NCBI GenBank assembly: GCA_963765575.1
Contig: CAVXWZ010000008.1
Location: 1-64,000, forward strand
Reading direction: 5' to 3'
DNA length: 64,000 nucleotides
Origin: an uncultured cyanobacterium
Lineage (GTDB): Bacteria > Cyanobacteriota > Cyanobacteriia > PCC-6307 > Cyanobiaceae
A program made the position numbers and the translations under genes. Shown here piece after piece: positions 39,392 to 48,964 of the stretch (position 1 is its first letter; each line of letters starts with the position of its first letter). The notes beneath the pieces were generated by a model. That model was not told the DNA's origin. It saw only the letters and a list, made by a program, of their open reading frames with translations, and ran no database searches.

Positions 39392-40112
39392 GTGGTCGTC
39401 ACCTACGCGGAGCTGCTTGAGCACCAGGAGGAGAACCGCGCATGCATTCGGTCGCATGCTGCTCAACTGGCGCCGGGGCAACGGTTGGACCCAGTACACC
39501 GCCTGCAGCTGGGCGGAAGAGGTGGGCTTCGAGACGATCTCCTACGGCAACCTCTCGGTGATCGAGCAGGGCAAGGCCGGCGAGCTGCGCCAGAAGGCTT
39601 TCTGGCAGCTGGGAGAACTCAACCGCCGCATCGCCGACCAGGACTGGGGCTCTGTGAAGGATCAGGCGATCAAGGAGAAGCTCGAGGGCGCCGTTCCTCT
39701 CGGGGACAACGACTGCCCGGTCTGGACGCCGCTGGAGTTCTGGGCCTGCTACTGCGGTCTGCGCGAGGTGCCGGATGCCTTCCGCACCACACCGGCCCCC
39801 ACCATCGGCCAGCGCAAGGCCACGGAGCTCTCGAGCAAGTGGCGCAACCAGATGCGCCGCGTGGTCGACGAGTGCGGTCTCGAACCCAGCGACGCCCTCA
39901 ACTCCCTGGCGGCAGAAGCCAGCGAGGAGCACCGCAAACGCTTCTATGCGGTCCTCACGGGTTTTGGCGACTACAAGCCCGAGGAGCTCGCTCCCCTCTG
40001 GATCGAGGGGGACTCGTATCAGCCCAAGCGCTGGCTGGACCAATGGGAGGCCGCGAACCGCCAGCCACGCAAACCCGGCAGCCGCAAGGGCAAGAAGCCA
40101 GTCTCGGCCTGA
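39392..40112 (+). CDS. XRE-like HTH regulator/repressor (frameshift ~39440)
   Basis: FGRMLLNWRR.NGWTQ...ISYGNLSVIEQGK. Confidence 0.65.
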
Positions 40113-40116
40113 TGGC

Positions 40117-40161
40117 TAGGAATTAACAGCCGCTACTCATGCGGCTTCCAGCGGAAAGCCC
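40117..40161 (+). promoter_or_regulatory. Element-specific promoter/operator motif, copy 2
   Basis: Contains perfect AGCCGC-N7-GCGGCT palindrome, followed by TAAGAT -10-like box. Confidence 0.6.
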
Positions 40162-40202
40162 TAAGATCCGGATCAGCGGGCAACCGCCCGATCTGATTCC
40201 CC

Positions 40203-40960
40203 ATGGTCACACCGTCCAGGCCCTTGGAGGCCCAGTGTCATCACCCCCCTGAGCAACAGCTCACCCACGCCCTGGCCTGCTTTCAGGCCGAGGTATCCGC
40301 CATCTCCTCCCCCGACCTGGGCGCCGTCGCGGAAGCTGCCCGACCTGCCTTCCGCCAGGGCATCGGCTGGTTCGCCCAACTGGGCGAGCAGCACGGCCGG
40401 CCCAGGCTGCAGGTCACGGTGAGGCATGCAGCGGGTGCCGAGCTCAGCAGCGAGGCCTGGGCCGATGAGCCCAGCGCTCTGTCGGACATGACCGGCTTGA
40501 TGCTGGCCATGCTGCTGGGCATTCCCGTGTCCGCCCAGGCTAGGGCTGCAAAGCTCTGTTCTGATGTGGAGCAATGCGTGGCCGACAAGCCTGAAGGCCC
40601 GCTGGTGCCTGCGGATCGGCCGGAGCCCGATGGCGAGTCGGAAGCACCAGACCAGCACACCCAGGCGCTGTCCAGGCCCAGGCCAGCAGTGGTGGCACCC
40701 CCGATGGGAGCGGCGATCCAGCCTTACTTCCCCTGACGCCGGAGGAGATCAGCGGCTATCACCGCCGCGTGCTGGATCTGCCGCAGGCCTCCCGCCGGGA
40801 GCTCACCCATGCGTTCCGCGAGCACTTCCAGGTGCCGCGCAGCGCCCGCTCGATCGGTGATCGCATCACCCAGCGCCAGCACGGCGACTTCATCGAGCGC
40901 TTCCTCGAGGAGGTCCAGGGCCAGGCGCTGGAGAACGTTCCCTCGCCGCCAGCCGCATGA
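40203..40960 (+). CDS. Divergent ERF-like ssDNA-annealing protein (frameshifted)
   Basis: AL..FQAEV..DL.AV..A.RP....G, RH..G.E..S, AMLLGI. Confidence 0.45.
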
Positions 40961-41202
40961 GCAGCAGCCATCGTCCCAGGCCTCCCCGTCGCTATGGGGA
41001 GCAGCCCCGCTCAGTGGCCGGCCGCCACTTCATCCAGACCCAGGTGCGCACCGACGTCTACCTGCGCATCCGCGAGCTGATGGAGGCCCGCAACCTCTCA
41101 GCCAGCGGAGCGGTGCACCACCTGCTGAGGGAGCGCTTTGGCCTGCCACCGCTTCCTCCCTTCGATCAAGACCCCATGTCGACCGATTCACCCCATGGCT
41201 AA
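40957..41202 (+). CDS. Small ribbon-helix-helix-like DNA-binding protein
   Basis: FIQTQVRTDVY.RIREL..ARNLSASGAVHHLLRE. Confidence 0.55.
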   Translation: MSSSHRPRPPRRYGEQPRSVAGRHFIQTQVRTDVYLRIRELMEARNLSASGAVHHLLRERFGLPPLPPFDQDPMSTDSPHG

Positions 41203-41788
41203 AGACCTGTTTCGCACGCCCCTCGCCCCGGTGCGCTGGGCCCACCTGATCACCCCCCGCCATCAGCTCGATCGGAGCAAGCCGCTGGCCTGGACCTGTG
41301 ATCTGCTCCTTCCCAACGCCGACGAGAAGGCCCAGGCCTTTCTGCTGGCGATGGAGGACCAGTTCATCGCCCTGCACGGCAGCCGTAAGCGCCGGGCGGA
41401 GAAGGGCTTCCCCTGGAAGGCCGACAAGGACAAGCCCAGCGAGCTCACCGTGGTGCGCTTCAAGATCCCGCAGTTCCAGCGGCGCGACGGCTCCCTCTCG
41501 GAAGGGCCCCGCATCGTCGATGCCAAGAAGCAGCCCTGGGATGGGGCCGCCATCGGCAACGGCTCGAAGGTGATCGTCGCTTTCGACATCTACGACTGGG
41601 ACGGCGAGAACGGCTGCGGCATGACCTTCCAGCCCAGGGCCGTCCAGGTGGTCGAGTTCGTGCCCTACGAGCAGGTCGATCCCACCGACGGCTTCGACGA
41701 GCTGGATGGCTACTCCGCGGCCAGTGCTCCAGCCGGCTCCGGCTCCAGCGGCTGGGCCGCCGATGTCGACGAGGAGGCACCGTTCTGA
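41195..41788 (+). CDS. Phage ssDNA-binding protein (T7 gp2.5/DUF2815-like)
   Basis: P.IVDA...IGNGS, AVQVVE, acidic tail ending DEEAPF. Confidence 0.8.
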   Translation: MAKDLFRTPLAPVRWAHLITPRHQLDRSKPLAWTCDLLLPNADEKAQAFLLAMEDQFIALHGSRKRRAEKGFPWKADKDKPSELTVVRFKIPQFQRRDGSLSEGPRIVDAKKQPWDGAAIGNGSKVIVAFDIYDWDGENGCGMTFQPRAVQVVEFVPYEQVDPTDGFDELDGYSAASAPAGSGSSGWAADVDEEAPF

Positions 41789-41899
41789 TGACGCACCTCC
41801 ATAGCGTCCGCGGCGGCGTAGGCGGCGGCCGGCCACCAGAGGGGCAAACCCCAGCTGCCGGCCTTCTGCCGCACCCGCCGGCCCACCACCACCGTCACG

Positions 41900-42094
41900 G
41901 TGAGCAGCCTGCGGTGCATCTACCGGCTGCTGCTGCTGGTCCTGGTGTTCCAGCTGAGCACCCTGCTGCTGGTGATCGCCGGGCCTGTCCCGCCGCGGCT
42001 GCCCCCGGCCACAGCCACCAACGTCCTCCGCCCCGATGCCGGCACTGCCGCCGGTGGGGCTCCCTTCGTCGTGACACCGCTTCCAGATCGATGA
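41900..42094 (+). CDS. Small membrane protein
   Basis: Single hydrophobic helix, 64 aa. Confidence 0.35.
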   Translation: MSSLRCIYRLLLLVLVFQLSTLLLVIAGPVPPRLPPATATNVLRPDAGTAAGGAPFVVTPLPDR

Positions 42095-42138
42095 GCAGAA
42101 CAACGACCTGGCCCTGTCCACCAACGCCCCTCGTCCCG

Positions 42139-42381
42139 ATGGATCACCTCTCCCTCGTCTCCCGTTCCTGGAACGGCACACCGATCTCACGGCGCTTCAC
42201 CGATGGCTACGTCACTGCCACAGCGATGTGCAAGGCGAACAAGAAACGGTGGTCTGACTACCGCGAGTCAGACCGCTGCCAGCAGTCCGTCGATGGTGCT
42301 CCCCGCCAGGTCAAGAGCAACCGCCGCTCCTGGTTGATCAACACCTTCGAGCGCTTTGGCGCTCTGGTGGCAGGAGGCTGA
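42139..42381 (+). pseudogene. KilA-N domain protein, internally deleted
   Basis: WNGTPISRR.TDGYV.ATAMCKAN.KRWSDY; domain ends before the GTWVHP motif. Confidence 0.7.
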
Positions 42382-42617
42382 TGGACACCCCAACACCGAC
42401 ATCCCGCCAGCGGGTCTGGATCAGCACCGCCGAGGCCTGCGAAGTGCTGGGCATGAGCCGAGAGTCCCTCCGCCAGCTGCGGCTGCGGGGAGTACTGCAA
42501 CCCGGGAAGCACTACCGCCGCTGGGGCTGCACCCAGGGCCGTGGGCCGTTGCAGTGGCACCTTGAGAACGTGGAGGCCACCATCACCGGTTGGAGCCGGC
42601 GCCACCTGAGGCAATAA
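42381..42617 (+). CDS. Excisionase-like winged-HTH protein
   Basis: WISTAEACEVLGMSRESLRQLR..G.LQPGKHYRR; last gene before tRNA. Confidence 0.7.
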   Translation: MDTPTPTSRQRVWISTAEACEVLGMSRESLRQLRLRGVLQPGKHYRRWGCTQGRGPLQWHLENVEATITGWSRRHLRQ

Positions 42618-42656
42618 AAGCGTTGCGACCCCATGGGATCAGCAGGCACTGTCCTG

Positions 42657-42711
42657 AACCCGATCACGTCCCCCTCTCCTCTAATCGGGGATCGGGTTGC
42701 GTGATCGGGTT
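42657..42711. repeat. 12-bp perfect inverted repeat
   Basis: AACCCGATCACG (42657-42668) / CGTGATCGGGTT (42700-42711). Confidence 0.7.
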
Positions 42712-42776
42712 GTTGTTTGGGCCCTGGTCCTGCCGGCGCGGTGACACCCCGATCCAGCACCAACTTTTGCTCCGGG

Positions 42777-42959
42777 TTTGCTCACGTCCCCGCTCCAAGC
42801 AGTCCTGGAGGGCCCGCCCAGGCCGAGGTTGAGCAGATCACTGATCCACAGATCAGCGATGACTCTGCGGGTTCGCCAGAGCCAAATTCCGAGGCGGGGA
42901 CTGGAGCGGGCGAGCCAGATAAGTGAGCAAGGCGGCGATTTGCTCACCTGTTTGCTCAC
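42777..42959. repeat. TTTGCTCAC repeats, candidate integrase arm-type sites
   Basis: Copies at 42777, 42939, 42951 (direct) and GTGAGCAA at 42923 (inverted), ending 30 bp from the tRNA 3' end. Confidence 0.6.
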
Positions 42960-42989
42960 ATCCCCCTTGGCCAATCCCTGAAAAGTCAG

Positions 42990-43063
42990 TCGGGGCGACA
43001 GGATTCGAACCTGCGACCTAGTGCTCCCAAAGCACCCGCGCTACCAAGCTGCGCCACGCCCCG
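42990..43063 (-). tRNA. trnP: tRNA-Pro(UGG)
   Basis: CGGGGCG/CGCCCCG acceptor stem, TGG anticodon, GGTTCGAATCC T-loop. Confidence 0.97.
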
Positions 43064-43195
43064 AACGGGCTCAGCATACGGACTGAAAGATCCGGTAAGA
43101 CCTTCGCGCCCGGGCGGTCACGGCTCGGTCACAGGCCAGCGCTTGTGTTGGAGCTGCCCCCCAGCCAGGGGGCCGTTCCTCACCCCGCCTCAACC

Positions 43196-43615
43196 ATGAC
43201 GATCCTCCAAAGCCTGCGTGCCTCGGCGCCCCGACTGGCCCTGGCCGCCGGACTGCTGCTCCCCTTGTTGGCCCCCACCCAGGCCCAGGCCCAGCCCTAC
43301 GGCCGCGGCTGGCAGCGCGGCTATCGCTCCGTGCCGGTGCAGCGCTGGCAACCGGCTCCGTACCAGCAGCAGCAGCGGCGTTTCTATGACGACCCCAGCA
43401 TCCAGGCCTACGGCGGCCAGCCGGTGGTCTACGGCCCCGACGCCCGGGCGCAGCGCTGCAACCAGGGCCGCCTGGTGGGCGGACTCCTGGGCGGCGGCGC
43501 CGGTTATGCCCTGGCCAACGGCCGCGACCGGGTATGGGCCACGCCGCTGGGGGCTCTGCTCGGTTCCCAGATGGGCTGCAACGTCGGCCAGGGCAATGCA
43601 CCACTGCCCTGGTGA
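43196..43615 (+). CDS. Secreted glycine-zipper 2TM protein
   Basis: Signal peptide; GRLVGGLLGGGAGYA...WATPLGALLG. Confidence 0.75.
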   Translation: MTILQSLRASAPRLALAAGLLLPLLAPTQAQAQPYGRGWQRGYRSVPVQRWQPAPYQQQQRRFYDDPSIQAYGGQPVVYGPDARAQRCNQGRLVGGLLGGGAGYALANGRDRVWATPLGALLGSQMGCNVGQGNAPLPW

Positions 43616-43618
43616 AGC

Positions 43619-44020
43619 TCAGCTCGCCACGGCGATGCAGTCGATCTCCACCCGGGCCCCCTTGGGCAGGGCTGCCACCTGCACACAGGCCCGGGCCGGG
43701 GCCACCCCGGCAGCAAAGCGTTCGGCGTAGAGGGCGTTGACCCGCTCGAAATCGGCCAGGTCGGCCAGGAACACGGTGGTACGCACCACCTGGGCAGGCG
43801 AGAGCCCGGCTGCGGCCAGCACCGCGGCCAGGTTGTCGAGCACCTGCCGGGTTTCGGCCTCCACATCGCCGCCGCCCACCAGCACGCCGGTGCGGGGATC
43901 GAGGGCGATCTGGCCGGAGCAGAACAGCAACCCGCCAGCTCTCACGGCCTGGTTGTAGGGCCCCACCGGTGCCGGCGCGCCGGCGGTGTTCACGGCCTGG
44001 GCTGACTCCGCTGGGTTCAT
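43619..44020 (-). CDS. ridA: RidA/YjgF enamine deaminase
   Basis: APAPVGPYNQAV, SGQIALDP, PARACVQVAALPKGARVEI. Confidence 0.93.
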   Translation of the reverse strand: MNPAESAQAVNTAGAPAPVGPYNQAVRAGGLLFCSGQIALDPRTGVLVGGGDVEAETRQVLDNLAAVLAAAGLSPAQVVRTTVFLADLADFERVNALYAERFAAGVAPARACVQVAALPKGARVEIDCIAVAS

Positions 44021-44268
44021 GCCGTTTTGAGCTGGAGTGCGAGCCTATGGCCCGTGGCTCAGCTGCGGCGCAGCAGCAGCAGCAGCAGGGTGCAGGCGCT
44101 CCAGCAGCCGCTGGCCAGCCTCGACCGCTTGCGGGCCGCTCCGGGCCGGGGCACCAGCCGACTCCAGACACCATCCCGATGCCGATCAGCACTCCCCGGC
44201 GGGCGTTGCTTTCGGTTCGATCAAGCCCACGGCAGGGGAGGCGTCGTGCCAGGGCTCGGGGCCTGGCC

Positions 44269-45078
44269 CTAGGTGGCTGGAGCGGTCCAGTGGTCCTTGC
44301 TCTGGCGCAGCCGGCCCAGCTCGCTGGCGTCGCTGGCCCGCACAAACAGATTGGTGGCCCGCTCCGCGCCGATGCTGCTGGGCACGGTGGCCTGGCCGGC
44401 GGCCCGCTGGCGCAGCACCGCGGCCAGCCGCTGGGCGATCGCCTTGTCCGTGGGGGCGGTGGCCGCCGCCCAGCGCAGGTTGGCCTCGGTGTACTCGTGG
44501 GCGCACCACACCCGGGTGGACGCGGGCAGGGCGGCCAGCCGCTGCAGGGAGGCGTGCATCTGGGCCGGGGAGCCCTCGAACAGCCGGCCGCAGCCACCCA
44601 CAAAAAGGGTGTCGCCGCAGAACAGATGGCCGCTGCGGGGCAACCAGAAGGCGATGTGGGCGCGGGTGTGGCCGGGCACGTCGATCACTTCCACCGGCTC
44701 GCCCAGCACCTCCAGCCGGTCGCCGCCCGCCACCCCGACGGTCTGCAGGGGGATGCGCTCGCGATCGGCGGCGGCGGCGATCACCGCCGCTCCGGGCCAC
44801 CGCTGCAGCAGCTCCGGGGTGCCGCCGATGTGGTCGCTGTGGTGGTGCGTGTGCAGGATCGCCTCCAGCTCCAGCCCGCGCTGCTCCAGGGCGCGGGCCA
44901 CCGGAGCGCCCACGGCCGGATCCACCACGGCGGCCCGGCGGCCCCGCTGCAGCACCATCACGTAGTTGTCGCGGAGCACCGGGATCAGCCAGGCCGCCAG
45001 CGGATCGATGGCCCGACCTTCGCCGCCGGGGCTGCTCGCGGCGGGCCCGGGGCTGGTCTCGTGGCGTTGCGGTCCCAT
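44269..45078 (-). CDS. gloB: Hydroxyacylglutathione hydrolase (glyoxalase II)
   Basis: [37 protein letters not shown]. Confidence 0.95.
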   Translation of the reverse strand: MGPQRHETSPGPAASSPGGEGRAIDPLAAWLIPVLRDNYVMVLQRGRRAAVVDPAVGAPVARALEQRGLELEAILHTHHHSDHIGGTPELLQRWPGAAVIAAAADRERIPLQTVGVAGGDRLEVLGEPVEVIDVPGHTRAHIAFWLPRSGHLFCGDTLFVGGCGRLFEGSPAQMHASLQRLAALPASTRVWCAHEYTEANLRWAAATAPTDKAIAQRLAAVLRQRAAGQATVPSSIGAERATNLFVRASDASELGRLRQSKDHWTAPAT

Positions 45079-45130
45079 CGTTACAGTCCGCTCAGCGGTC
45101 CAGTTCCATGATCACCGCTGCCGTCCCTGC

Positions 45131-45847
45131 ATGAGCGCACCGGTCCCAGCCCCGGCACCGTCCCCGGTTCCCACCACCGTGGCCCTGGCCAAGGGGGCCC
45201 TGCTCGGCGATGCCGTGCGGCGTTTCGCGGCCGCGGGCCTCGACTTCGCGGCGGTGCTGGAGCCCGGCAACCGCCAGCTGATGGTGCCCAGTGCCTGCGG
45301 CCGCGCCCGGGCCCTGCTGGTGCGCAACGCCGATGTGCCGGTCTACGTGGCCTACGGCCAGGCCCAGCTCGGGGTGGTGGGCTACGACGTGCTGCGCGAG
45401 CACCAGCTGCCGGTGGCCCAGCTGGTGGACCTCGGCTTCGGTGGCTGCCGCATGAGCGTGGCGGTGAAGGCCAGCAGCCCCTACCGCCGGGTTGCCGACC
45501 TGCCGGCCCACTGCCGCATCGCCAGCAAGTTCACCCGCTGCGCCGAGGAGTTCTTCGCGGCCCTCGACCTGCCGGTGGAACTGATCCACCTGGCCGGATC
45601 GGTGGAGCTGGGGCCGATCACGGGCATGAGTGAGGCGATCGTGGATCTGGTGGCCAGCGGCCGCACCCTGCAGGACAACGGCCTGATCGCCATCGAAGAC
45701 CTCTTCCACTCCACCGCCCGCCTGGTGGCCCATCCCCTGGCCCTGCGCCTGGACGACGGCCGCTTGCAGGCGATCGTCGATCGGGTGGCCGCCGTCGGCG
45801 TTGCCGCCGCTGGCCCCAGGCCGCAGCCCGCGGCGCTCCCGGCCTGA
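45131..45847 (+). CDS. hisG: ATP phosphoribosyltransferase, short form
   Basis: ALAKG.L, DVPVYV, DLGFG.C, GSVELGP..G..EAIVDLV.SG.TL. Confidence 0.95.
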   Translation: MSAPVPAPAPSPVPTTVALAKGALLGDAVRRFAAAGLDFAAVLEPGNRQLMVPSACGRARALLVRNADVPVYVAYGQAQLGVVGYDVLREHQLPVAQLVDLGFGGCRMSVAVKASSPYRRVADLPAHCRIASKFTRCAEEFFAALDLPVELIHLAGSVELGPITGMSEAIVDLVASGRTLQDNGLIAIEDLFHSTARLVAHPLALRLDDGRLQAIVDRVAAVGVAAAGPRPQPAALPA

Positions 45848-47647
45848 TGGCGTCCCTCGATCGTCAGCGCCTGCTGCGGCTGCTTCCCTACGCCGCCAGC
45901 GACCGTGGCCGCCTGCTGCTCACCCTGCTGCTGCTGATCCCGGTGGCGGGGGCGGCGGCGATCCAGCCCCTGCTGGTGGGCCAGGCGATCGCCGTGCTGC
46001 GCGCCGAGCCCACCCTGCCCTGGCTGCAGGGCATGGCGGTGCCGGAGGCGCTGCGGCTGCTGGTGCTGACCCTGCTGGTGGCGGTGCTGGTGCGCCTCGG
46101 CCTGCAGGGCGTGCAGACCTTCAACGTCCAGGCGGTGGGCCAGCGGCTCACGGCGCGCATCCGCGACGACCTGTTCGCCCATGCCATGGCGCTGTCGCTG
46201 CGGTTCCACGACCGCATGCCGGTGGGCAAGCTGCTCACCCGGCTCACCAGCGACGTCGATGCCCTGGCCGAGGTGTTCGGCAGCGGCGCCGTGGGGGTGC
46301 TGGCCGACCTGGTGACGCTGCTGGTGATCGCCGTCACCATGCTTCTGATCGAATGGCGCCTGGCCCTGCTGCTGCTCGCCGCCCAGGTGCCGGTGGTGCT
46401 CGGCATGCTCTGGCTGCAGCAGCGCTACCGCCGCGCCAACTACCGGGTGCGGGAGGAGCTCAGCCAGCTCAACGCCGACCTGCAGGAAAACCTCCAGGGG
46501 CTGGAGGTGGTGCAGATGTTCCGCCGCGAGGCCGTGAACAGCGCCCGCTTCGCCGAAACCACCGACCGCTACCGCCGGGCGGTGGCCGGCACGATCTTCT
46601 ACGACAGCGCCATTTCCGCCTTCATCGAGTGGGTGGCCCTGGTTGCCGTCGCTGCGGTGCTGGCCCTGGGGGGCGCCATGGTCACCACCGGCGCCCTCGG
46701 CCTGGGCACGCTCACCACCTTCATCCTCTACTCCCAGCGCCTGTTCGACCCCCTGCGCCAGCTGGCTGAGCGCTTCACCCAGATCCAGGGCGGCCTGACG
46801 GCGGTGGAGCGGATCGGCGAGCTGCTGGAGCAGCCGATCGAGATCGACGACCTGCCCCACGAGCAGCGCTCGGCCCTGGCCCGCCGCAGTGGCGAGCAAC
46901 GTCGCAGCGCCGGCGAGGTGATCTTCGAGCGCGTGTCCTTTGCCTACCGCCCCGACGAACCGATCCTCAGCGACCTCAGCTTCCGGATCGCCCCCGGGGA
47001 ACACGTGGCCCTGGTGGGCCCCACCGGCTCCGGCAAGACCACCGTGATCCGTCTGCTCTGCCGGCTTTACGAGCCCCAGCAGGGCCGCATCCTGCTCGAT
47101 GGCGTCGACATCCGTGAACTGCCCACCGACACCCTCCGCCGCCGCCTCGGCGTGGTGCTGCAGGACACCTTCCTGTTCAGCGGCAGCGTGGCCGACAACC
47201 TGCGCCTCGACGCTCCCATCTCCAGCGATCGAGCTGCGCCGGCTCTGCGCGGAGCTGGGGCTGGCGCCGCTGCTGGCCCGCCTGCCCGATGGCCTGGCCA
47301 CGGAGCTGCGCGAGCGCGGCGCCAACCTCTCCTCCGGCGAACGCCAGCTGCTGGCGGTGGCGCGGGTGGCGATCCGGGACCCCTCGGTGCTGGTGATGGA
47401 CGAGGCCACCGCCTTCATGGATCCCTCCACCGAGGCCACCCTGCAGGCGGATCTGGACCGGCTGCTGCAGCAGCGCACCGCCGTGGTGATCGCCCACCGC
47501 CTGGCAACGGTGGAGGCCGCCGATCGCATCCTGGTGCTGCGCCGCGGCCGCCTGATCGAGCAGGGCAATCACCGCCAGCTGCGCGCCGCCGGTGGGCTCT
47601 ATGCCCAGCTGGCCGACCTGCAGGAGCGGGGCCTGGCCGCCCTCTGA
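45847..47647 (+). CDS. ABC transporter permease/ATP-binding fusion (frameshift ~47228)
   Basis: TM domain, GPTGSGKTT, LSSGERQL, VMDEAT, IAHRL. Confidence 0.92.
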
Positions 47648-47654
47648 ACCCGGC

Positions 47655-48431
47655 TCAGGGCCCTGGCGCCAGCGCCGCCGAGCCGGGCGCCAGCGGCAGC
47701 TCCTCCAGCCAGTCGCCCAGGCAGGCCGCCAGCCGCCCGGGCATCTGCAGCATCGGCAGGTGGCCCGCCCCCTCCAGCACCCTGATCTGGTGCCGCGGTG
47801 CGTAGCCCGCCAGATGGCGCACGTAGCGGGGCTCCATCACGGTGTCGCGGCTGCCGGCGATCCAGAGGCTCGGCACCGTCAGTTCGCTGGTGAGCAGCGG
47901 CAGGGCGCCCACGGCGCTGCGGCGCAGGCTGCAGGCCAGCAGTCCCCGGGCCGCGTGCAGGTCGGCGAGCAGGGGGCTGCGCAGGCCATCGCTGCCGGGC
48001 AGCTGCAGCAGCCAGCGCGGCCGCCAGCGCAGGATCAGGCTGCCGCCGCGCCGCACCCGCGCGAACGCCCTCGGCTGGTACACCCCTCCGCCGGCGGCGA
48101 TCTGCACCACGCCCGCCAGTTGGCCACCGAGCTGGCGGGCGGCATGCAGGGCGATGCTGCCCCCGAGGGAATGGCCCACCAGCACCACCTGGCCGCCATG
48201 GCGCTGCCGGCACTGCTCGGCCAGCCAGGCGCCGTAGCTGGCCAGGCTGGGCTGAAGGCCGCGGGGCCGCAGGCTGCCGCCGAACCCGGGCAGATCGGGG
48301 CTCCAGAACGGCCAGCGGGGCTCCAGCTCGCGGGCCAGGGGCTGCCACAGCCGCCCGGACAGCAGCCAGCCATGCACCCCCACCAGCAGCGGGCGGGCTG
48401 GGGTGGGAACGTCGCCGGCAGGGATCTCCAT
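47655..48431 (-). CDS. Alpha/beta hydrolase
   Basis: HGW, DLPGFG, GHSLGG, GHLPM. Confidence 0.9.
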   Translation of the reverse strand: MEIPAGDVPTPARPLLVGVHGWLLSGRLWQPLARELEPRWPFWSPDLPGFGGSLRPRGLQPSLASYGAWLAEQCRQRHGGQVVLVGHSLGGSIALHAARQLGGQLAGVVQIAAGGGVYQPRAFARVRRGGSLILRWRPRWLLQLPGSDGLRSPLLADLHAARGLLACSLRRSAVGALPLLTSELTVPSLWIAGSRDTVMEPRYVRHLAGYAPRHQIRVLEGAGHLPMLQMPGRLAACLGDWLEELPLAPGSAALAPGP

Positions 48432-48464
48432 CAGTCAGGATCGTGCCACCCCGTCTGCGCGGCC

Positions 48465-48953
48465 GTGCCCCCGGTGGACCTGCTCACCTCGCTCTATGGC
48501 ACCGGTCATCGCCGCTGCGAGACCCCCAACGCCCAGCTCAGCCTGGTGCTGAGCAGCGAGCGGCCGATCGATCTGTTTGAACTCGAGCAGCTCTGCGATG
48601 CGGTGGGCTGGAGCCGCCGCCCCGTGCGGCGGGTGCGCAAGGCCCTCCAGAACAGCCTGCTGCGGGTGGGTCTGTGGCGCCACGATCCGCGCCTTCCCCG
48701 GCTGGTGGGCTTTGCCCGCTGCACCGGCGACGGCGTTGTGGAGGCCACGGTCTGGGATGTTGCCGTGCACCCGCACTACCAGGGCGCCGGGCTGGGGCGC
48801 TCGCTGATGGACTACGTGCTCGAGCAGCTGCGCGACCTGGAGGTGCAGCGGGTGAACCTGTTTGCCGACCCCGGGGTGGTGGGCTTCTACCAGGGACAGG
48901 GCTGGGAGCTGGAACCGCTGCAGCGCCGCTGCGCCTTCTGGTACGCCCCCTGA
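48465..48953 (+). CDS. GNAT N-acetyltransferase (Ycf52-like)
   Basis: LEQLCDAVGWSRRP, WDVAVHP.YQG.GLG, FWY end. Confidence 0.88.
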   Translation: MPPVDLLTSLYGTGHRRCETPNAQLSLVLSSERPIDLFELEQLCDAVGWSRRPVRRVRKALQNSLLRVGLWRHDPRLPRLVGFARCTGDGVVEATVWDVAVHPHYQGAGLGRSLMDYVLEQLRDLEVQRVNLFADPGVVGFYQGQGWELEPLQRRCAFWYAP

Positions 48954-48964
48954 GCGAGGCCGGC

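Larger units (their letters stand above)
27572..42990. mobile_element. Phage-satellite-like/integrative element core at tRNA-Pro
   Basis: Terminase, primase-helicase, helicase, SSB, Xis-like genes next to the tRNA 3' end; no structural genes. Confidence 0.75.

Noticed and set aside
44071..44088. (CAG)6 microsatellite in the ridA-gloB gap
   Set aside because: Short, expected in GC-rich DNA, no convincing ORF context
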